Assembly (NCBI RefSeq): GCF_003334305.1
Contig: NZ_QOWS01000023.1
DNA from: Escherichia coli
GTDB taxonomy: Bacteria > Pseudomonadota > Gammaproteobacteria > Enterobacterales > Enterobacteriaceae
Length of the DNA: 64,000 nt
Reading direction: 5' to 3' (one strand)
This document shows positions 32,516-44,560 of this stretch, in pieces (the stretch's first letter is position 1; the number at the start of each line of letters is the position of its first letter). The notes below the pieces were generated by a model. The model ran no database searches, was not told the origin of the DNA, and was given only the letters and a program-made list of their open reading frames with translations. The position numbers and the translations under genes are program-made.

Positions 32516-33252
32516 GTATCCTGGTCACCCGCCCGTCTCCCGCTGGAGAAGAGTTAGTGAGCCGTCTGCGCACACTGGGGCAGGTGGCCTGGCATTTTCC
32601 GCTGATTGAGTTTTCTCCGGGTCGACAATTACCGCAACTTGCTGATCAACTGGCGGCGCTGGGGGAGAGCGATCTGTTGTTTGCCCTCTCGCAACACGCG
32701 GTTGCTTTTGCCCAATCACAGCTGCATCAGCAAGATCGTAAATGGCCCCGACTACCTGATTATTTCGCCATTGGACGCACCACCGCACTGGCGCTACATA
32801 CCGTAAGCGGACAGAAGATTCTCTACCCGCAGGATCGGGAAATCAGCGAAGTCTTGCTACAATTACCTGAATTACAAAATATTGCGGGCAAACGTGCGCT
32901 GATATTACGTGGCAATGGCGGTCGTGAGCTAATTGGGGATACCCTGACAGCGCGCGGTGCTGAGGTCACTTTTTGTGAATGTTATCAACGATGCGCAATC
33001 CATTACGATGGTGCAGAAGAAGCGATGCGCTGGCAATCCCGCGAGGTGACGATGGTCGTTGTTACCAGCGGTGAAATGTTGCAGCAACTCTGGTCGCTGA
33101 TCCCACAATGGTATCGTGAGCACTGGTTACTACACTGTCGACTATTGGTCGTCAGTGAGCGTTTGGCGAAACTCGCCCGGGAACTGGGCTGGCAAGACAT
33201 TAAGGTCGCCGATAACGCTGACAACGATGCGCTTTTACGGGCATTACAATAA
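32512..33252 (+). CDS. hemD: uroporphyrinogen-III synthase (246 aa)
   Basis: [37 protein letters not shown]...; 4-bp overlap with hemC. Confidence 0.93.
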   Translation: MSILVTRPSPAGEELVSRLRTLGQVAWHFPLIEFSPGRQLPQLADQLAALGESDLLFALSQHAVAFAQSQLHQQDRKWPRLPDYFAIGRTTALALHTVSGQKILYPQDREISEVLLQLPELQNIAGKRALILRGNGGRELIGDTLTARGAEVTFCECYQRCAIHYDGAEEAMRWQSREVTMVVVTSGEMLQQLWSLIPQWYREHWLLHCRLLVVSERLAKLARELGWQDIKVADNADNDALLRALQ

Positions 33253-33273
33253 CTCTCATAACAGGAAGCCATA

Positions 33274-34521
33274 ATGACGGAACAAGAAAAAACCTCCGCC
33301 GTGGTTGAAGAGACCAGGGAGGCCGTGGACACCACGTCACAACCTGTCGCAACAGAAAAAAAGAGTAAGAACAATACCGCATTGATTCTCAGCGCGGTGG
33401 CTATCGCTATTGCTCTGGCGGCGGGCGTCGGTTTGTATGGCTGGGGTAAACAACAGGCCGTCAATCAGACCGCCACCAGCGATGCCCTGGCTAACCAACT
33501 GACGGCATTGCAAAAAGCCCAGGAGAGCCAAAAAGCCGAGCTGGAAGGCATTATTAAGCAACAAGCTGCACAGCTTAAGCAGGCGAATCGTCAGCAAGAA
33601 ACGCTGGCAAAACAGTTGGATGAAGTCCAACAAAAGGTCGCCACCATTTCCGGCAGCGATGCTAAAACCTGGCTGCTGGCTCAGGCCGATTTTCTGGTGA
33701 AACTCGCCGGACGGAAGCTGTGGAGCGATCAGGACGTCACGACCGCTGCAGCGTTGCTGAAAAGTGCAGATGCCAGCCTGGCGGATATGAATGACCCGAG
33801 TCTGATTACCGTTCGTCGGGCAATTACCGATGATATCGCCAGCCTTTCTGCAGTTTCGCAGGTGGATTATGACGGCATCATCCTTAAGCTTAATCAGCTT
33901 TCAAATCAGGTAGATAACCTGCGTCTGGCCGATAATGACAGCGATGGTTCGCCGATGGATTCCGACGGTGAAGAGCTTTCCAGTTCCATCAGCGAATGGC
34001 GTATCAATCTGCAAAAAAGCTGGCAGAACTTTATGGACAACTTCATTACGATTCGCCGTCGTGATGACACCGCCGTACCGCTGTTAGCGCCAAATCAGGA
34101 TATCTATCTGCGCGAAAATATTCGCTCTCGCCTGCTGGTCGCAGCACAAGCTGTACCGCGTCACCAGCAAGAGACTTATCGCCAGGCGCTGGAGAACGTC
34201 TCCACCTGGGTACGTGCTTACTACGATACTGATGATGCCACCACCAAAGCGTTCCTCGACGAGGTAGACCAGTTAAGCCAGCAAAATATCTCGATGGATC
34301 TTCCGGAAACCCTGCAAAGCCAGGCGATGCTGGAAAAACTGATGCAGACTCGCGTGCGTAACCTGCTGGCACAACCGGCAGCGGGGACAACGGAAGCTAA
34401 ACCTGCACCTGCACCTGCACCTGCACCTGCACCTGCACCTGCACCTGCACCTGCACCTGCACCTGCACCTGCACCTGCACCGCAAGGTGATACTCCGGCA
34501 GCCGCGCCGCAAGGAGAATAA
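33274..34521 (+). CDS. hemX: HemX family membrane protein with C-terminal Pro-Ala repeat tract (415 aa)
   Basis: [54 protein letters not shown]... ending ...[14 protein letters not shown]...[12 protein letters not shown]. Confidence 0.9.
   Translation: MTEQEKTSAVVEETREAVDTTSQPVATEKKSKNNTALILSAVAIAIALAAGVGLYGWGKQQAVNQTATSDALANQLTALQKAQESQKAELEGIIKQQAAQLKQANRQQETLAKQLDEVQQKVATISGSDAKTWLLAQADFLVKLAGRKLWSDQDVTTAAALLKSADASLADMNDPSLITVRRAITDDIASLSAVSQVDYDGIILKLNQLSNQVDNLRLADNDSDGSPMDSDGEELSSSISEWRINLQKSWQNFMDNFITIRRRDDTAVPLLAPNQDIYLRENIRSRLLVAAQAVPRHQQETYRQALENVSTWVRAYYDTDDATTKAFLDEVDQLSQQNISMDLPETLQSQAMLEKLMQTRVRNLLAQPAAGTTEAKPAPAPAPAPAPAPAPAPAPAPAPAPAPQGDTPAAAPQGE
34401..34480. repeat. (ACCTGC/CCTGCA)n hexanucleotide tandem repeat, ~13 units, in-frame inside hemX
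   Basis: Read directly: acctgcacctgcacctgc... over 80 bp encoding the (PA)n tract. Confidence 0.95.
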
Positions 34522-34523
34522 CC

Positions 34524-35720
34524 ATGCTAAAAGTGTTATTACTCTTTGTTTTGCTGATTGCGGGGATAGTGGTTGGCCCGATGATTGCCGGTCATCAGGG
34601 TTACGTGCTGATCCAGACTGACAACTACAATATCGAAACCAGCGTCACGGGCCTGGCGATTATTTTGATTCTGGCGATGGTAGTGCTGTTTGCCATTGAG
34701 TGGCTACTGCGGCGGATCTTCCGCACAGGCGCACACACCCGTGGGTGGTTTGTCGGACGTAAGCGTCGCCGTGCCCGTAAGCAGACCGAACAGGCGCTGC
34801 TGAAACTGGCGGAAGGCGATTATCAGCAAGTTGAAAAGCTGATGGCGAAAAATGCCGATCACGCGGAACAACCGGTGGTGAACTATCTACTGGCTGCCGA
34901 AGCCGCGCAACAACGTGGTGATGAAGCACGCGCCAACCAACATCTGGAACGCGCAGCAGAGCTGGCCGGCAATGACACCATTCCGGTAGAAATCACCCGT
35001 GTACGTCTGCAACTGGCCCGTAATGAAAACCATGCTGCACGCCACGGCGTGGATAAGCTGCTGGAAGTTACGCCACGCCATCCGGAAGTATTACGTCTGG
35101 CGGAACAGGCGTATATCCGCACAGGTGCATGGAGTTCTCTGCTGGATATCATCCCATCAATGGCGAAAGCCCATGTTGGTGATGAAGAACATCGTGCAAT
35201 GCTGGAACAACAGGCATGGATTGGCCTGATGGATCAGGCGCGTGCCGATAACGGTAGTGAAGGTTTGCGTAACTGGTGGAAAAACCAAAGCCGGAAAACG
35301 CGTCATCAGGTAGCGTTGCAGGTGGCAATGGCGGAACATCTTATTGAATGTGACGATCATGATACTGCCCAGCAAATTATCATCGATGGCCTGAAACGCC
35401 AGTACGACGATCGCCTACTGCTGCCGATTCCTCGACTGAAAACCAACAATCCGGAACAGCTGGAAAAAGTGCTGCGCCAGCAGATCAAAAACGTCGGCGA
35501 TCGCCCGCTGTTGTGGAGCACACTGGGCCAGTCACTGATGAAGCACGGAGAATGGCAGGAAGCATCGCTCGCCTTCCGCGCGGCGCTGAAACAACGTCCG
35601 GACGCCTACGATTACGCATGGCTTGCCGACGCGCTGGACAGACTGCACAAGCCGGAAGAAGCTGCAGCGATGCGTCGCGACGGTTTGATGTTAACGTTGC
35701 AGAACAACCCACCACAGTAG
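34524..35720 (+). CDS. hemY: HemY family protein with TPR-like repeats (398 aa)
   Basis: ORF MLKVLLLFVLLIAGIVVGPMIAGHQGYVLIQTDNYNIETSVTGLAIILILAMVVLFAIEWLLRR... Confidence 0.93.
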   Translation: MLKVLLLFVLLIAGIVVGPMIAGHQGYVLIQTDNYNIETSVTGLAIILILAMVVLFAIEWLLRRIFRTGAHTRGWFVGRKRRRARKQTEQALLKLAEGDYQQVEKLMAKNADHAEQPVVNYLLAAEAAQQRGDEARANQHLERAAELAGNDTIPVEITRVRLQLARNENHAARHGVDKLLEVTPRHPEVLRLAEQAYIRTGAWSSLLDIIPSMAKAHVGDEEHRAMLEQQAWIGLMDQARADNGSEGLRNWWKNQSRKTRHQVALQVAMAEHLIECDDHDTAQQIIIDGLKRQYDDRLLLPIPRLKTNNPEQLEKVLRQQIKNVGDRPLLWSTLGQSLMKHGEWQEASLAFRAALKQRPDAYDYAWLADALDRLHKPEEAAAMRRDGLMLTLQNNPPQ

Positions 35721-35767
35721 TTCCTTCTCACCCGGAGGCAAGCACCTCCGGGACCTTTCTGATGCAT

Positions 35768-35974
35768 AAAAAAACGCCTGCTCTTATTACGGAGCAGGCG
35801 TTAAAACAGGTCTGTATGACAACAAGTGGGTGCTTCACTCAACGTTGTGTCCATGGTGTCTGATGAGGCATAAGCGACATCTGTCAGTGGACGATAAGCA
35901 CCGTAAACGGCTCTGCGTCATTCCGGAGTTTATGAGGCACTAAGGCGAACATAAGAGATGGAATGAGCATCTAC
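35768..35974 (-). ncRNA. glmZ: small RNA GlmZ
   Basis: Reverse complement reads GTAGATGCTCATTCCATCTCTTATGTTCGCCTTAGTGCCTCATAAACTCCGGAATGACGCAGAGCCG...GCCTGCTCCGTAATAAGAGCAGGCGTTTTTTT, which matches the GlmZ sequence as I recall it, including the intrinsic terminator. Confidence 0.85.
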
Positions 35975-36398
35975 CCGTTTATTATGCCACAGAGAATCGG
36001 GAAATAACATCCCTTAACACTTGTTATGAGATAATTCTGTAATCCTCTTTGCTTCCTGAGTAATAACTTCCTGAGTGAATATTTAACCTGAGCTTGATCC
36101 TACACATACTTATTATGAATGATAAAATTCATTCAATTAATAACACATATATTAATTGCCGTTAAAACTAAAAAAAGCATCAATAATCAACGCGATATAA
36201 TAAACCTGCCTTACATATCAACTGCGCCAGAGGTAGGATTGAAAACGCTCTCCTGATTTTCCAATTCATTTTCTGGATAAATAAATAATTTATTTTTGTC
36301 ACTATTATTTATGTAATCATCCTGTCAGGGAGAGGGATCTCAATTATCAATGCTTAATTACGTCATCATTTTGATGACATGAAACCGGAGCATTTTGC

Positions 36399-36560
36399 AT
36401 GGAATTTTCGTTTTCACCCAAACTTCTTGTTGTTGCTGTCGCCGCCGCTCTTCCTCTCATGGCCAGCGCAGCAGATACCCCGTCAACTGCCACCGCACGC
36501 AAAGGCTTTGCCGGATACGATCACCCAAACCAGTATCCACAGAACGCTGCAATTTATTGA
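36399..36560 (+). pseudogene. aslA: probable 5' remnant of arylsulfatase gene aslA (53 codons, signal peptide then premature stop)
   Basis: ATG-initiated [53 protein letters not shown]; sits where aslA is in K-12 (convergent with aslB, divergent from glmZ), but only ~160 bp precede the aslB 3' end. Confidence 0.45.
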
Positions 36561-36577
36561 ATTTGCACGATCATGTA

Positions 36578-36608
<31 letters not shown>

Positions 36609-36643
36609 AATCAACCGCAGGCGGCCACAAAATGGCCGCTTTT

Positions 36644-37879
36644 TTACTTATTCACCACCAGCAAATGTGCCTGCATAATGTCACTGGCCGGGCGACCGTG
36701 CGCCAGCAAATCAGCCATTGCTTTAAGATATGGCGGTAGATGGCGGAAATAACGCTGATACCCGGCACACAAATAATTCAGCCCCGGTTTGCCGCTGGCA
36801 TCGAGCATGAAGCGGTGTTTCGGGCAGCCTCCCCAGCACGCTTTTAACACGTTACAACTGCGACACTGCGCCGGTAATTGCTTAAATTTATCTTCACCAA
36901 ACACCTGCTGTTGCGGGGAATCGATCATTTCTGCAATTGTTTGCTGATGCATATTCCCCAGCCGATATTGCGGATAAACATAGTGATCGCAGGCGTAAAC
37001 GTCGCCGTTGTGCTCAACAATCACCGAGCGCCCACAGGTTGGCTGATGATGGCAAACCGCACCCGGCGCACCGACAAAATTGGCAAACGCCCATTCGATA
37101 TTCATCACGAAAATCTTGCCGACGTCGCGTTTGATCCAGTGGTCGAATATCGCCACCAGAAATTCACCAAATTCATCGGGGCGCACCGACCATTCCTTCA
37201 GTTCCCCCTGAATATCACCAGGCGCATGTAGTTTCAGTCCATCGCTGGCAGCTGTTTCATCAGCCAGGCGCTCGACCACCGGAATAAACTGGATGAATTC
37301 GACTCCCGCATCGCACAAAAAATCATAAACCTGCAACGGTTGCTGCGCGCTGGTGCGGTTGACGCAGACCAGCACGTTATAGTCGACATGATGTTTTTGC
37401 AGCAGCGTCAGGGCACGCATCACCAGCTTATGCGTTGGTCTGCCACCTTTGGTCACGCGATATTGATTGTGGATCTCAGCCGGACCGTCCAGCGATAACC
37501 CAACAAGAAAATGATTTTCTGCCAGAAATGCACACCATTTATCATCGAGCAGCACGCCGTTAGTCTGGAAGCTGTTACTTATCTTCCTGCCAGCACCGTA
37601 TTTCGCCTGTAACTTTACGGCACGGCGGTAAAAATCCAGCCCGAGTAACGTTGGTTCGCCGCCCTGCCAGGTAAAAGCCACTTCGTTTTGCGGTTCGCTG
37701 GCAGCGATATAGTGACGGACATACGCTTCCAGCGTGTCATCGTCCATATGCGTGACTGGCTTTTCGCGGTAAAGGGATTGTTTTTCGAGATAAAAACAGT
37801 AGTCACAGTTCAGATTACAATCGGAACCACTCGGTTTCGCCATCACATGAAAAGCACGCGTTGGAACCTGTTGCAGCAT
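36644..37879 (-). CDS. aslB: anaerobic sulfatase-maturating enzyme homologue, radical SAM (411 aa)
   Basis: ORF track 36644-37909; ATG at 37879 gives MLQQVPTRAFHVMAKPSGSDCNLNCDYCFY... with CxxxCxxC radical-SAM motif. Confidence 0.85.
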   Translation of the reverse strand: MLQQVPTRAFHVMAKPSGSDCNLNCDYCFYLEKQSLYREKPVTHMDDDTLEAYVRHYIAASEPQNEVAFTWQGGEPTLLGLDFYRRAVKLQAKYGAGRKISNSFQTNGVLLDDKWCAFLAENHFLVGLSLDGPAEIHNQYRVTKGGRPTHKLVMRALTLLQKHHVDYNVLVCVNRTSAQQPLQVYDFLCDAGVEFIQFIPVVERLADETAASDGLKLHAPGDIQGELKEWSVRPDEFGEFLVAIFDHWIKRDVGKIFVMNIEWAFANFVGAPGAVCHHQPTCGRSVIVEHNGDVYACDHYVYPQYRLGNMHQQTIAEMIDSPQQQVFGEDKFKQLPAQCRSCNVLKACWGGCPKHRFMLDASGKPGLNYLCAGYQRYFRHLPPYLKAMADLLAHGRPASDIMQAHLLVVNK

Positions 37880-37990
37880 GGTCACTCCTTGCCTGAAGTC
37901 ATCCTTCAATACGTTAAGGGCGAAATCATACCGTGGGGCAATGAGTTATTACGGGCGTTTATTGCGAAGGGAGGGTGACGAAATGCACAG

Positions 37991-38018
37991 AAAACAAAAA
38001 ACCCCGCCGAAGCGGGGT
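37991..38018 (-). terminator. rho-independent terminator of the argX-hisR-leuT-proM tRNA operon
   Basis: ccccgccgaagcgggg hairpin followed on the minus strand by a T-run. Confidence 0.6.
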
Positions 38019-38025
38019 TCAAAAT

Positions 38026-38102
38026 TGGTCGGCGAGAGAGGATTCGAACCTCCGACCCACTGGTCCCAAACCAGTTGCGCTACCAAGCTGCGCTACTCGC
38101 CG
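38026..38102 (-). tRNA. proM: tRNA-Pro (anticodon UGG)
   Basis: Reverse complement CGGCGAGTAGCGCAGCTTGGTAGCGCAACTGGTTTGGGACCAGTGGGTCGGAGGTTCGAATCCTCTCTCGCCGACCA. Confidence 0.93.
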
Positions 38103-38144
38103 AAATACTGCTTTTTGAATTTTTAGTTCAATTCTTTAAAGTCG

Positions 38145-38231
38145 TGGTGCGAGGGGGGGGACTTGAACCCCCACGTCCGTAAGGACACTAACACCTGAAG
38201 CTAGCGCGTCTACCAATTCCGCCACCTTCGC
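38145..38231 (-). tRNA. leuT: tRNA-Leu (anticodon CAG)
   Basis: Reverse complement GCGAAGGTGGCGGAATTGGTAGACGCGCTAGCTTCAGGTGTTAGTGTCCTTACGGACGTGGGGGTTCAAGTCCCCCCCCTCGCACCA. Confidence 0.93.
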
Positions 38232-38251
38232 ATTGTCACAACTTCTAATAA

Positions 38252-38328
38252 TGGGGTGGCTAATGGGATTCGAACCCACGACAACTGGAATCACAATCCA
38301 GGGCTCTACCAACTGAGCTATAGCCACC
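38252..38328 (-). tRNA. hisR: tRNA-His (anticodon GUG)
   Basis: Reverse complement GGTGGCTATAGCTCAGTTGGTAGAGCCCTGGATTGTGATTCCAGTTGTCGTGGGTTCGAATCCCATTAGCCACCCCA. Confidence 0.93.
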
Positions 38329-38385
38329 ACTACAAATCTTGTTACGCGGTATTACTACCACCGCAGCTCAAGCGCCGGGACTAAA

Positions 38386-38462
<77 letters not shown>

Positions 38463-38564
38463 TTAGCGCCGTTGCGGGGGTGGATAATACGGACTTCCCA
38501 CCCCTCTGTCTAGTCCCTTTTTAAATAAATTGCGCGTTTGGTTACGGTTTGTGCGTTTTGCTGC

Positions 38565-39950
38565 TTATTCCTCCAGTTTATGCGCTTTCCCGTGGCGATT
38601 AAGGCCAAAAACTTTATAAATCGCCGTCACCGCCAGCATAAAGATGATGCCAACAAACAGCGACATACGCGTATCTTCATTAAAGTACATGCCGATCAAA
38701 ACGCAAATCAGGAATGCCATTGTTACGTAGTTGGCCCACGGGAACAGGATTGAGCGGAACGGATGGCTGGCAATCGCCGCTTTATGTGCACGCCGAAAAC
38801 GCAGCTGGCTTATCAATATCACAAACCATGGCACCATCCCCGGAAGCACGCTGGCACTGTAGACGTAGACAAACACACGCTGCGGATTGGGAATGATGTA
38901 GTTCAGGCATGAGCCAATTAGCAGAATAGCAATAGATACTGCCACACCCGCAACGGGTACGCCGTGACGGGAAACTTTCGCCATCGCCGCCGGTAACTGA
39001 CGGTTTTTCGCCAGTGCGTAGAGCATACGTCCGCAACTGTACATGCCGCTGTTACAGCCAGAGAGCGCAGCCGTCAGCACCACAAAGTTGATAATGCCCG
39101 CCGCTGCGGTAATACCGATTTTGGCAAAAGTCAGTACGAACGGGCTGCCGTTGCTGCCTATTTCATTCCACGGGAAGATGGTGACGATAACGAAAATCGC
39201 GCCTACGTAGAAAATCAGGATCCGCCACAGCACCTTGCCTACGGCACTGCGCAGCGTCACCTGCGGATTCTTCGCTTCACCGGCAGTAATGCCAATCAGC
39301 TCCACGCCCTGGTAGGACGCCACCACAATACACAGCGCGGTCAGGAACCCTTTCCAGCCACCCGCAAAGAAACCGCCATGCTCTGTGAGATTGCTAAAAC
39401 CAATCGACTGCCCGCCATTGCCAAAGCCAAAGAAAATCACGCCCAGGCCAATGACAATCATCACGATAATCGTGGTGACTTTGATCATCGCGAACCAGAA
39501 CTCGATTTCGCCGTACAACCGCACCGCCGCCAGATTCGCCAACGCCACCAGCGCCACTGCGATCAATGCGGGTATCCACTGCGCCATCTCCGGGAACCAG
39601 AACTGGACATAAACGCCAATGGCGGTGATTTCTGAGATCCCCACCGCCATCCACATAAACCAATAAGACCAGGCGGTGAGATAACCAAAGAACGGGCTCA
39701 TATAACGATGCGCATAAACGGCGAACGAACCGGTAACCGGTTCGAGGAACAACATTTCGCCCATTGAACGCATGATGAAAAAGACGAATAGCCCGGCGAT
39801 GATATAGGCCAACAATACGGATGGCCCGGCCCATTTCAAGGTACTGGCGGCCCCCATAAACAGGCCGACGCCAATGGTGCCCCCCAGGGCGATGAGTTCG
39901 ATATGTCGAGCTTCCAGCCCACGCTGTAGCTCTGGTTTGTTATCTGCCAT
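38565..39950 (-). CDS. yifK: APC-family amino-acid permease YifK (461 aa)
   Basis: 461-aa polytopic [39 protein letters not shown]... Confidence 0.9.
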
Positions 39951-40140
39951 AAATCCTCGTGTTGTGTTTGCATGCTTTCCGGTGTTACCGGTTATCGTTA
40001 TGGGTACATCGAGTGTTGCGAATGTTTTCGTAATTCAGGAGAAATGGCAAATAAAGCATTAAAAATTTGAATGCTTTGTGTAATAAAAAAGCAGGCAGGC
40101 GACGAAGTGACCACTCCGTCGCTTTACAAAGAGAGGAAAA

Positions 40141-40881
40141 TCAGAGGTTGCCGGTGTAGTGCCAGCGTAAATAACGCAGCAAACGAAGCTGACGCTTAAT
40201 GCGGCTCGGCTGCGAAAGCAGGCGGTAGAGCCACTCCAGTCCCAGCGTTTGCCAGATTTTCGGTGCGCGTTTTACGTGACCGGTGAAAACATCGTAAGTC
40301 CCGCCAACGCCCATATACAGCGCATCTGGATGCACCAGACGGCAGTCGCGCATGAAGATCTCCTGCTTTGGCGATCCCATCGCAACGGTGACGATTTGCG
40401 CTCCGCTGGCATGAATGCGTTCAAACAGCGCCTGACGCTGCTCGGGTTTAAAATAACCATCCTGACTGCCAACGATATTCACATTCCATTGGTTGCGCAG
40501 TTTAGCTTCAGTTTGCGCCAGCACTTCAGGTTTACCGCCCACAAGAAATACCGGCGTCCCTTCTTTGCCTGCGCGCGCCATCAGCTCTTCCCAGAGATCG
40601 GCACCGGCAACGCGGGAAACCTGCGCCTGCGGGTACTTTTTACGTACTGAACGTACAACGCTGATGCCATCCGCATATTTAAATTCGGCAGCGTTAATTA
40701 ACTCCCTGACCTCGGCGTTATCTTCAATGGTCAGCATTTTTTCGGCATTAATGGCAACCAGCGTTCCCTGCTTAAGCTGCCCGTCAGCAAACAGATAATC
40801 GAGGGCGTGCTGCATATCACGCCAACCAATCAACTGTAAGCCACGCAGCGTATAGGTCGGTGCCGTGGTGTTGTTATTCAT
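40141..40881 (-). CDS. wecG: UDP-N-acetyl-D-mannosaminuronic acid transferase (246 aa), ECA biosynthesis
   Basis: [51 protein letters not shown]...; last gene of the wec cluster. Confidence 0.9.
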
Positions 40882-40883
40882 TG

Positions 40884-42236
40884 TTATCCTTCAACCTGCG
40901 TCCGGAGCGATGATTTTGTACGTTTATGAATGAGTCCGGCGCTTTCAAAAAGCCAGTACAACAGTTTTGCGATCATCAGACATGCGCCGAAGACCACGAT
41001 AAAAAAGACTACGCGTGAGACAAACGAATCCAGCCCTTCACGTGCCAGCACGATCATATTGAAGATCGCCCCAAAGCAGAAACTGTGCAATATCGCAGCC
41101 TTATAGCGATTAGTCTCGCGGTTGCCCAGCTCATACAGCCAGTCGAACCATTTGATGATCAGTCCAACCACAATCGCCCCGAGTGGGATGAACAACGCGC
41201 CGCCCATCACCACCAGTGAGCCTATAAGCGTAGGCGAGATCGCCAGTCCGGAGTGGTTATTCAGCACTTCCCAGGTAAAGTAGTTGGCTGAGTTCAGCAC
41301 CATACTCGGGCGACCCGGCCACAGCCAGGAAGGGATAAAGACATAGAAATCGCGGACAATTGGAGCCAGGCCCTGGAAGTCGATGTTGTCGTAGTTCTGC
41401 AACAGCAACGCCAGATTCTCCCATGGCGAGAAGGTGTCGCGAGTGAGATAGAGAAACGTATAGAACGCTTCATCGCCGCTCACATTCATTCCATAGCGTT
41501 TTAGCGCCAGCCAGAACATGCCCACAATCCCCAGCACGCCCGCCGCCGCCAGCATCCACAACGAAATCCAGCCGCGAATAATGCCAATAAACAGGAAGAT
41601 AGCGAATGCGATGATGATATTGGCGCGAGTGCCGCCGACAATCATATAAGTCAGCAAGCCAAAGGCGACCGTGCTGACGAGGAAAAACAGCCACGCTTTG
41701 CTATCCTGGCGCAGAAAGTAGACCACCAGCATCGCCGGGATGAAAAAGTAAAAGAAGCGTTTTAACGCCACGCCGGAGACTTCACTGGAGAAGATCTGAC
41801 TGTAGGAGTTAAGCCGGAACAGCAAAAAGCCGTTGTGCATGAAGAAGATGCCGACGCTTACCAGCGCGATGCCCATCAGGATCACCCACGTAAGATTGGT
41901 CTCCACGCGGTTCATGGTAAACAGCGGACGGCGCGGTACATCAGCAACGCGTTTGCGTAGGCGGGTTTTGTAGGTGACATAGTAAACCGCGTAGAAGCAG
42001 CCCGCAGAAAGCAACGCCTGCAACAAGATTTCTGGCGGCGCGACACCAACATCAAAGCGAAATACCAGCACGCTGGTCAGCGGGAAGCCGAAGAAAAAGG
42101 TGAGCAAAAACAGCAATGAAAAGAAGACATTGAAGTTAAAGCGCACACGGCGAAACTCAAACCAGGTCAGCGTGGCAATAAACAGCGTGCAGAGCAGCCA
42201 GACCACAAACAGGCCACTGAATTGCAGCAGACTCAT
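40884..42236 (-). CDS. wzyE: ECA polymerase (450 aa)
   Basis: 450-aa polytopic ORF in the conserved wec cluster position. Confidence 0.88.
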
Positions 42237-43312
42237 GCGCCCTCCCCGGCGGCAATCGCCAACGCCCGCTGCCAGCCTTGTAGATAGTTAGGGCTAAAGA
42301 AGGCAATGGTGTTTTTATCCACCGACGCCAACTGGCGCTGCGCTTCACGCACAATATCCTCGTTGAGATCGTCGGTAGTAAACAGCACTGGCAAATGCTG
42401 TTCCGTCATATCCTGCCAGAACGGATTTTCCCGGTTAAGCACACAAGGAATGCCCGCCTGAATCAGTAAGCACAGCGTACCAATGCCCTGCTGGCGAGCA
42501 AAAATAAAGTAACCAAGATCGCACTGACGAAGTAGCGCCAGATAGGCGTCAAATTCCAGTTTTTCGCTCAAAATTTGCAGATTTTCTTCGCTGAATAACT
42601 CCAGCCCCGCCTGACGAACTTCCTCAATGTACGCTTCGTTATTAGGCGGATATCCCATCGGCACCACCACTTTTACCGTATCGCCAAATTGCTGATGAAC
42701 GGCACGTAAAGCGGCGACATGCTCATTGCTGAGGTCGCCGGAGTTCCCCACCAGAATGGTCATTTTTCCTTCACGTTGCCGATCGTTCGCCATCGTATTG
42801 AGAGAAGGGTCCATCCGCGTCGGGAAGTACAGCAGTTCTCCCCGCACCTTTGGGTGCGTTTTGGCAAAAAAGCTCAAATCGCCGCGGGTGGCAAATACAC
42901 AGCCGACTCGCTTTTGCGCCAGGCGACGTAGTGGGTAAAAAAGCTTATATCTCAAGCCACTGGAAAGCTCATACAGGTCTGCCCCCCAGATATGCCAGAA
43001 AAACTGGCTGGGCTTAATGCCACCACTCAGCAGAGCCAGCCACAGTGTGGGATTGAACTGACCGTGGAAAAAAAATCGCTGCTGACGGTTAGCTTTTGCT
43101 TTCGCGATGACCGCTTCCGCCAGCGATTTTTTCCCAGGGAAAAATTGCACAGAAAGCGCCGGACAGCTATCACTTAAGCCGTCGTCCTTGCCAACAACCA
43201 TAAACTCGCGCGCGTGCTCGCTCGTCGCAGCCAGCGCGTCATTGAAAAACCGCAAAACGGTTCGGTTATGGTGAGGGATATCCGATCCCAGTACGTGAAT
43301 CAGTACAGTCAT
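42233..43312 (-). CDS. wecF: TDP-Fuc4NAc:lipid II 4-alpha-fucosyltransferase (359 aa)
   Basis: 359-aa [49 protein letters not shown]...; synteny. Confidence 0.88.
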
Positions 43313-44559
43313 GCCCGCCTACGCCAGAGTAAAAACACGCCACAACAAAGAGAAAAATAGACGATATAAGTTGCCATATATGCCTGCGCCGCGCCCAGTG
43401 CACCATGCGCAGGGATTAGCCAGTGGGCAAATACCATCAATAAAGTGAACTGGCTGATTTCCGCCAGAATATAAAACCGCAATGACGCTTTGGCGATCAC
43501 CAGATAACCAAAGACATAAGCGCCCACTTTTAACACATCACCCACTAACTGCCAGGCAAAGAGATCGCGCATAGCGGTAAATTTATTCGACAACAGCAGC
43601 CAGATAGCAAAATCACGCAGCAGCCAGACGGTAAAACTCGCCGCCGCCACTGCCGGTAAGACGAATTTCAGCGATTTAACCACTTCCCGGGTGATATCGC
43701 GCTTTTCCGTTAGCCGCGACAACGTGGGCAGCAAATATACGCTGAACGATGCCGTAATAAATTGCAGGTAGGCATCGGAAATACTGCTCACCCCTTGCCA
43801 GATCCCCACTTCATCCCAGCTATACTGCGCCGCGAGCAGTTTACGCATCATGATGTAAGCAACAGGCAAGGTCACCGACGTAATCAACGCCATGAGCGTA
43901 AATTTGCTCAACTGCCCTGCCAGACCGTTATCCCAGCTGGGTTTCAGATAGCTTAACGGGATGACACCACGTTTGATCAACATGATGGCGGCAGGAATCA
44001 CCACCAGCGCGGGAATCAGCGCCAGACCCAGCAACGCCCCTTCATAACCGCCCAAACGGTAACTGACGTAGTACGCGAGAACGCCAATCAAGCTGCCGAC
44101 AATCAGCGATAACGCATTACCTGCGGCATCGCGAAAGCCTTTCATCAGCGCCAGTAACAGGTTGCCCCAGGCGATCCCCATTTGCACCAGCGCCACTAAA
44201 CGCACCAGCCCCTGATAGTCGGTATTACCAAACAATCCCTGGCTGATTGGCGCAGCTGCCAGCACAAAAACCAGCGCCATCAGCGTAGAGAAACCAAGTA
44301 CCATCGCTGATGAAGTGCCGACCACGCGGCGCAGCTGTTGCGGATTATCATGGTACTGGGCAACGTATTTGGTTACACCGTTAAAGATGCCAGCTCCGGC
44401 AAGCACGCCGAGCACGGTAATCAACTGGCGGAAATTTGCCGCCAGCCCAAGCCCCGCCGGACCAAATGACACAGCCAGCAACTTACCGACCAGTAACCCG
44501 GCACCAATCTTGACCAGTGTACTGGCCGCCGTCCACAAGGACGCTTTTGCCAACGACAT
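43309..44559 (-). CDS. wzxE: lipid III flippase (416 aa)
   Basis: 416-aa polytopic [41 protein letters not shown]... Confidence 0.88.
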   Translation of the reverse strand: MSLAKASLWTAASTLVKIGAGLLVGKLLAVSFGPAGLGLAANFRQLITVLGVLAGAGIFNGVTKYVAQYHDNPQQLRRVVGTSSAMVLGFSTLMALVFVLAAAPISQGLFGNTDYQGLVRLVALVQMGIAWGNLLLALMKGFRDAAGNALSLIVGSLIGVLAYYVSYRLGGYEGALLGLALIPALVVIPAAIMLIKRGVIPLSYLKPSWDNGLAGQLSKFTLMALITSVTLPVAYIMMRKLLAAQYSWDEVGIWQGVSSISDAYLQFITASFSVYLLPTLSRLTEKRDITREVVKSLKFVLPAVAAASFTVWLLRDFAIWLLLSNKFTAMRDLFAWQLVGDVLKVGAYVFGYLVIAKASLRFYILAEISQFTLLMVFAHWLIPAHGALGAAQAYMATYIVYFSLCCGVFLLWRRRA

Positions 44560-44560
44560 A

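Noticed and set aside
34401-34480. Tandem repeat considered as a possible CRISPR or minisatellite array
   Set aside because: The unit is only 6 bp, has no spacers, and lies in-frame inside hemX; it is a coding microsatellite.
34273-34512. 79-aa minus-strand ORF made of RCRCRC repeats
   Set aside because: It is the antisense translation of the hemX (CCTGCA)n microsatellite.
38151-38160. Run of eight G (eight C on the minus strand) considered as a phase-variation homopolymer
   Set aside because: It is part of the T-arm of tRNA-Leu (leuT) as that tRNA is normally encoded.
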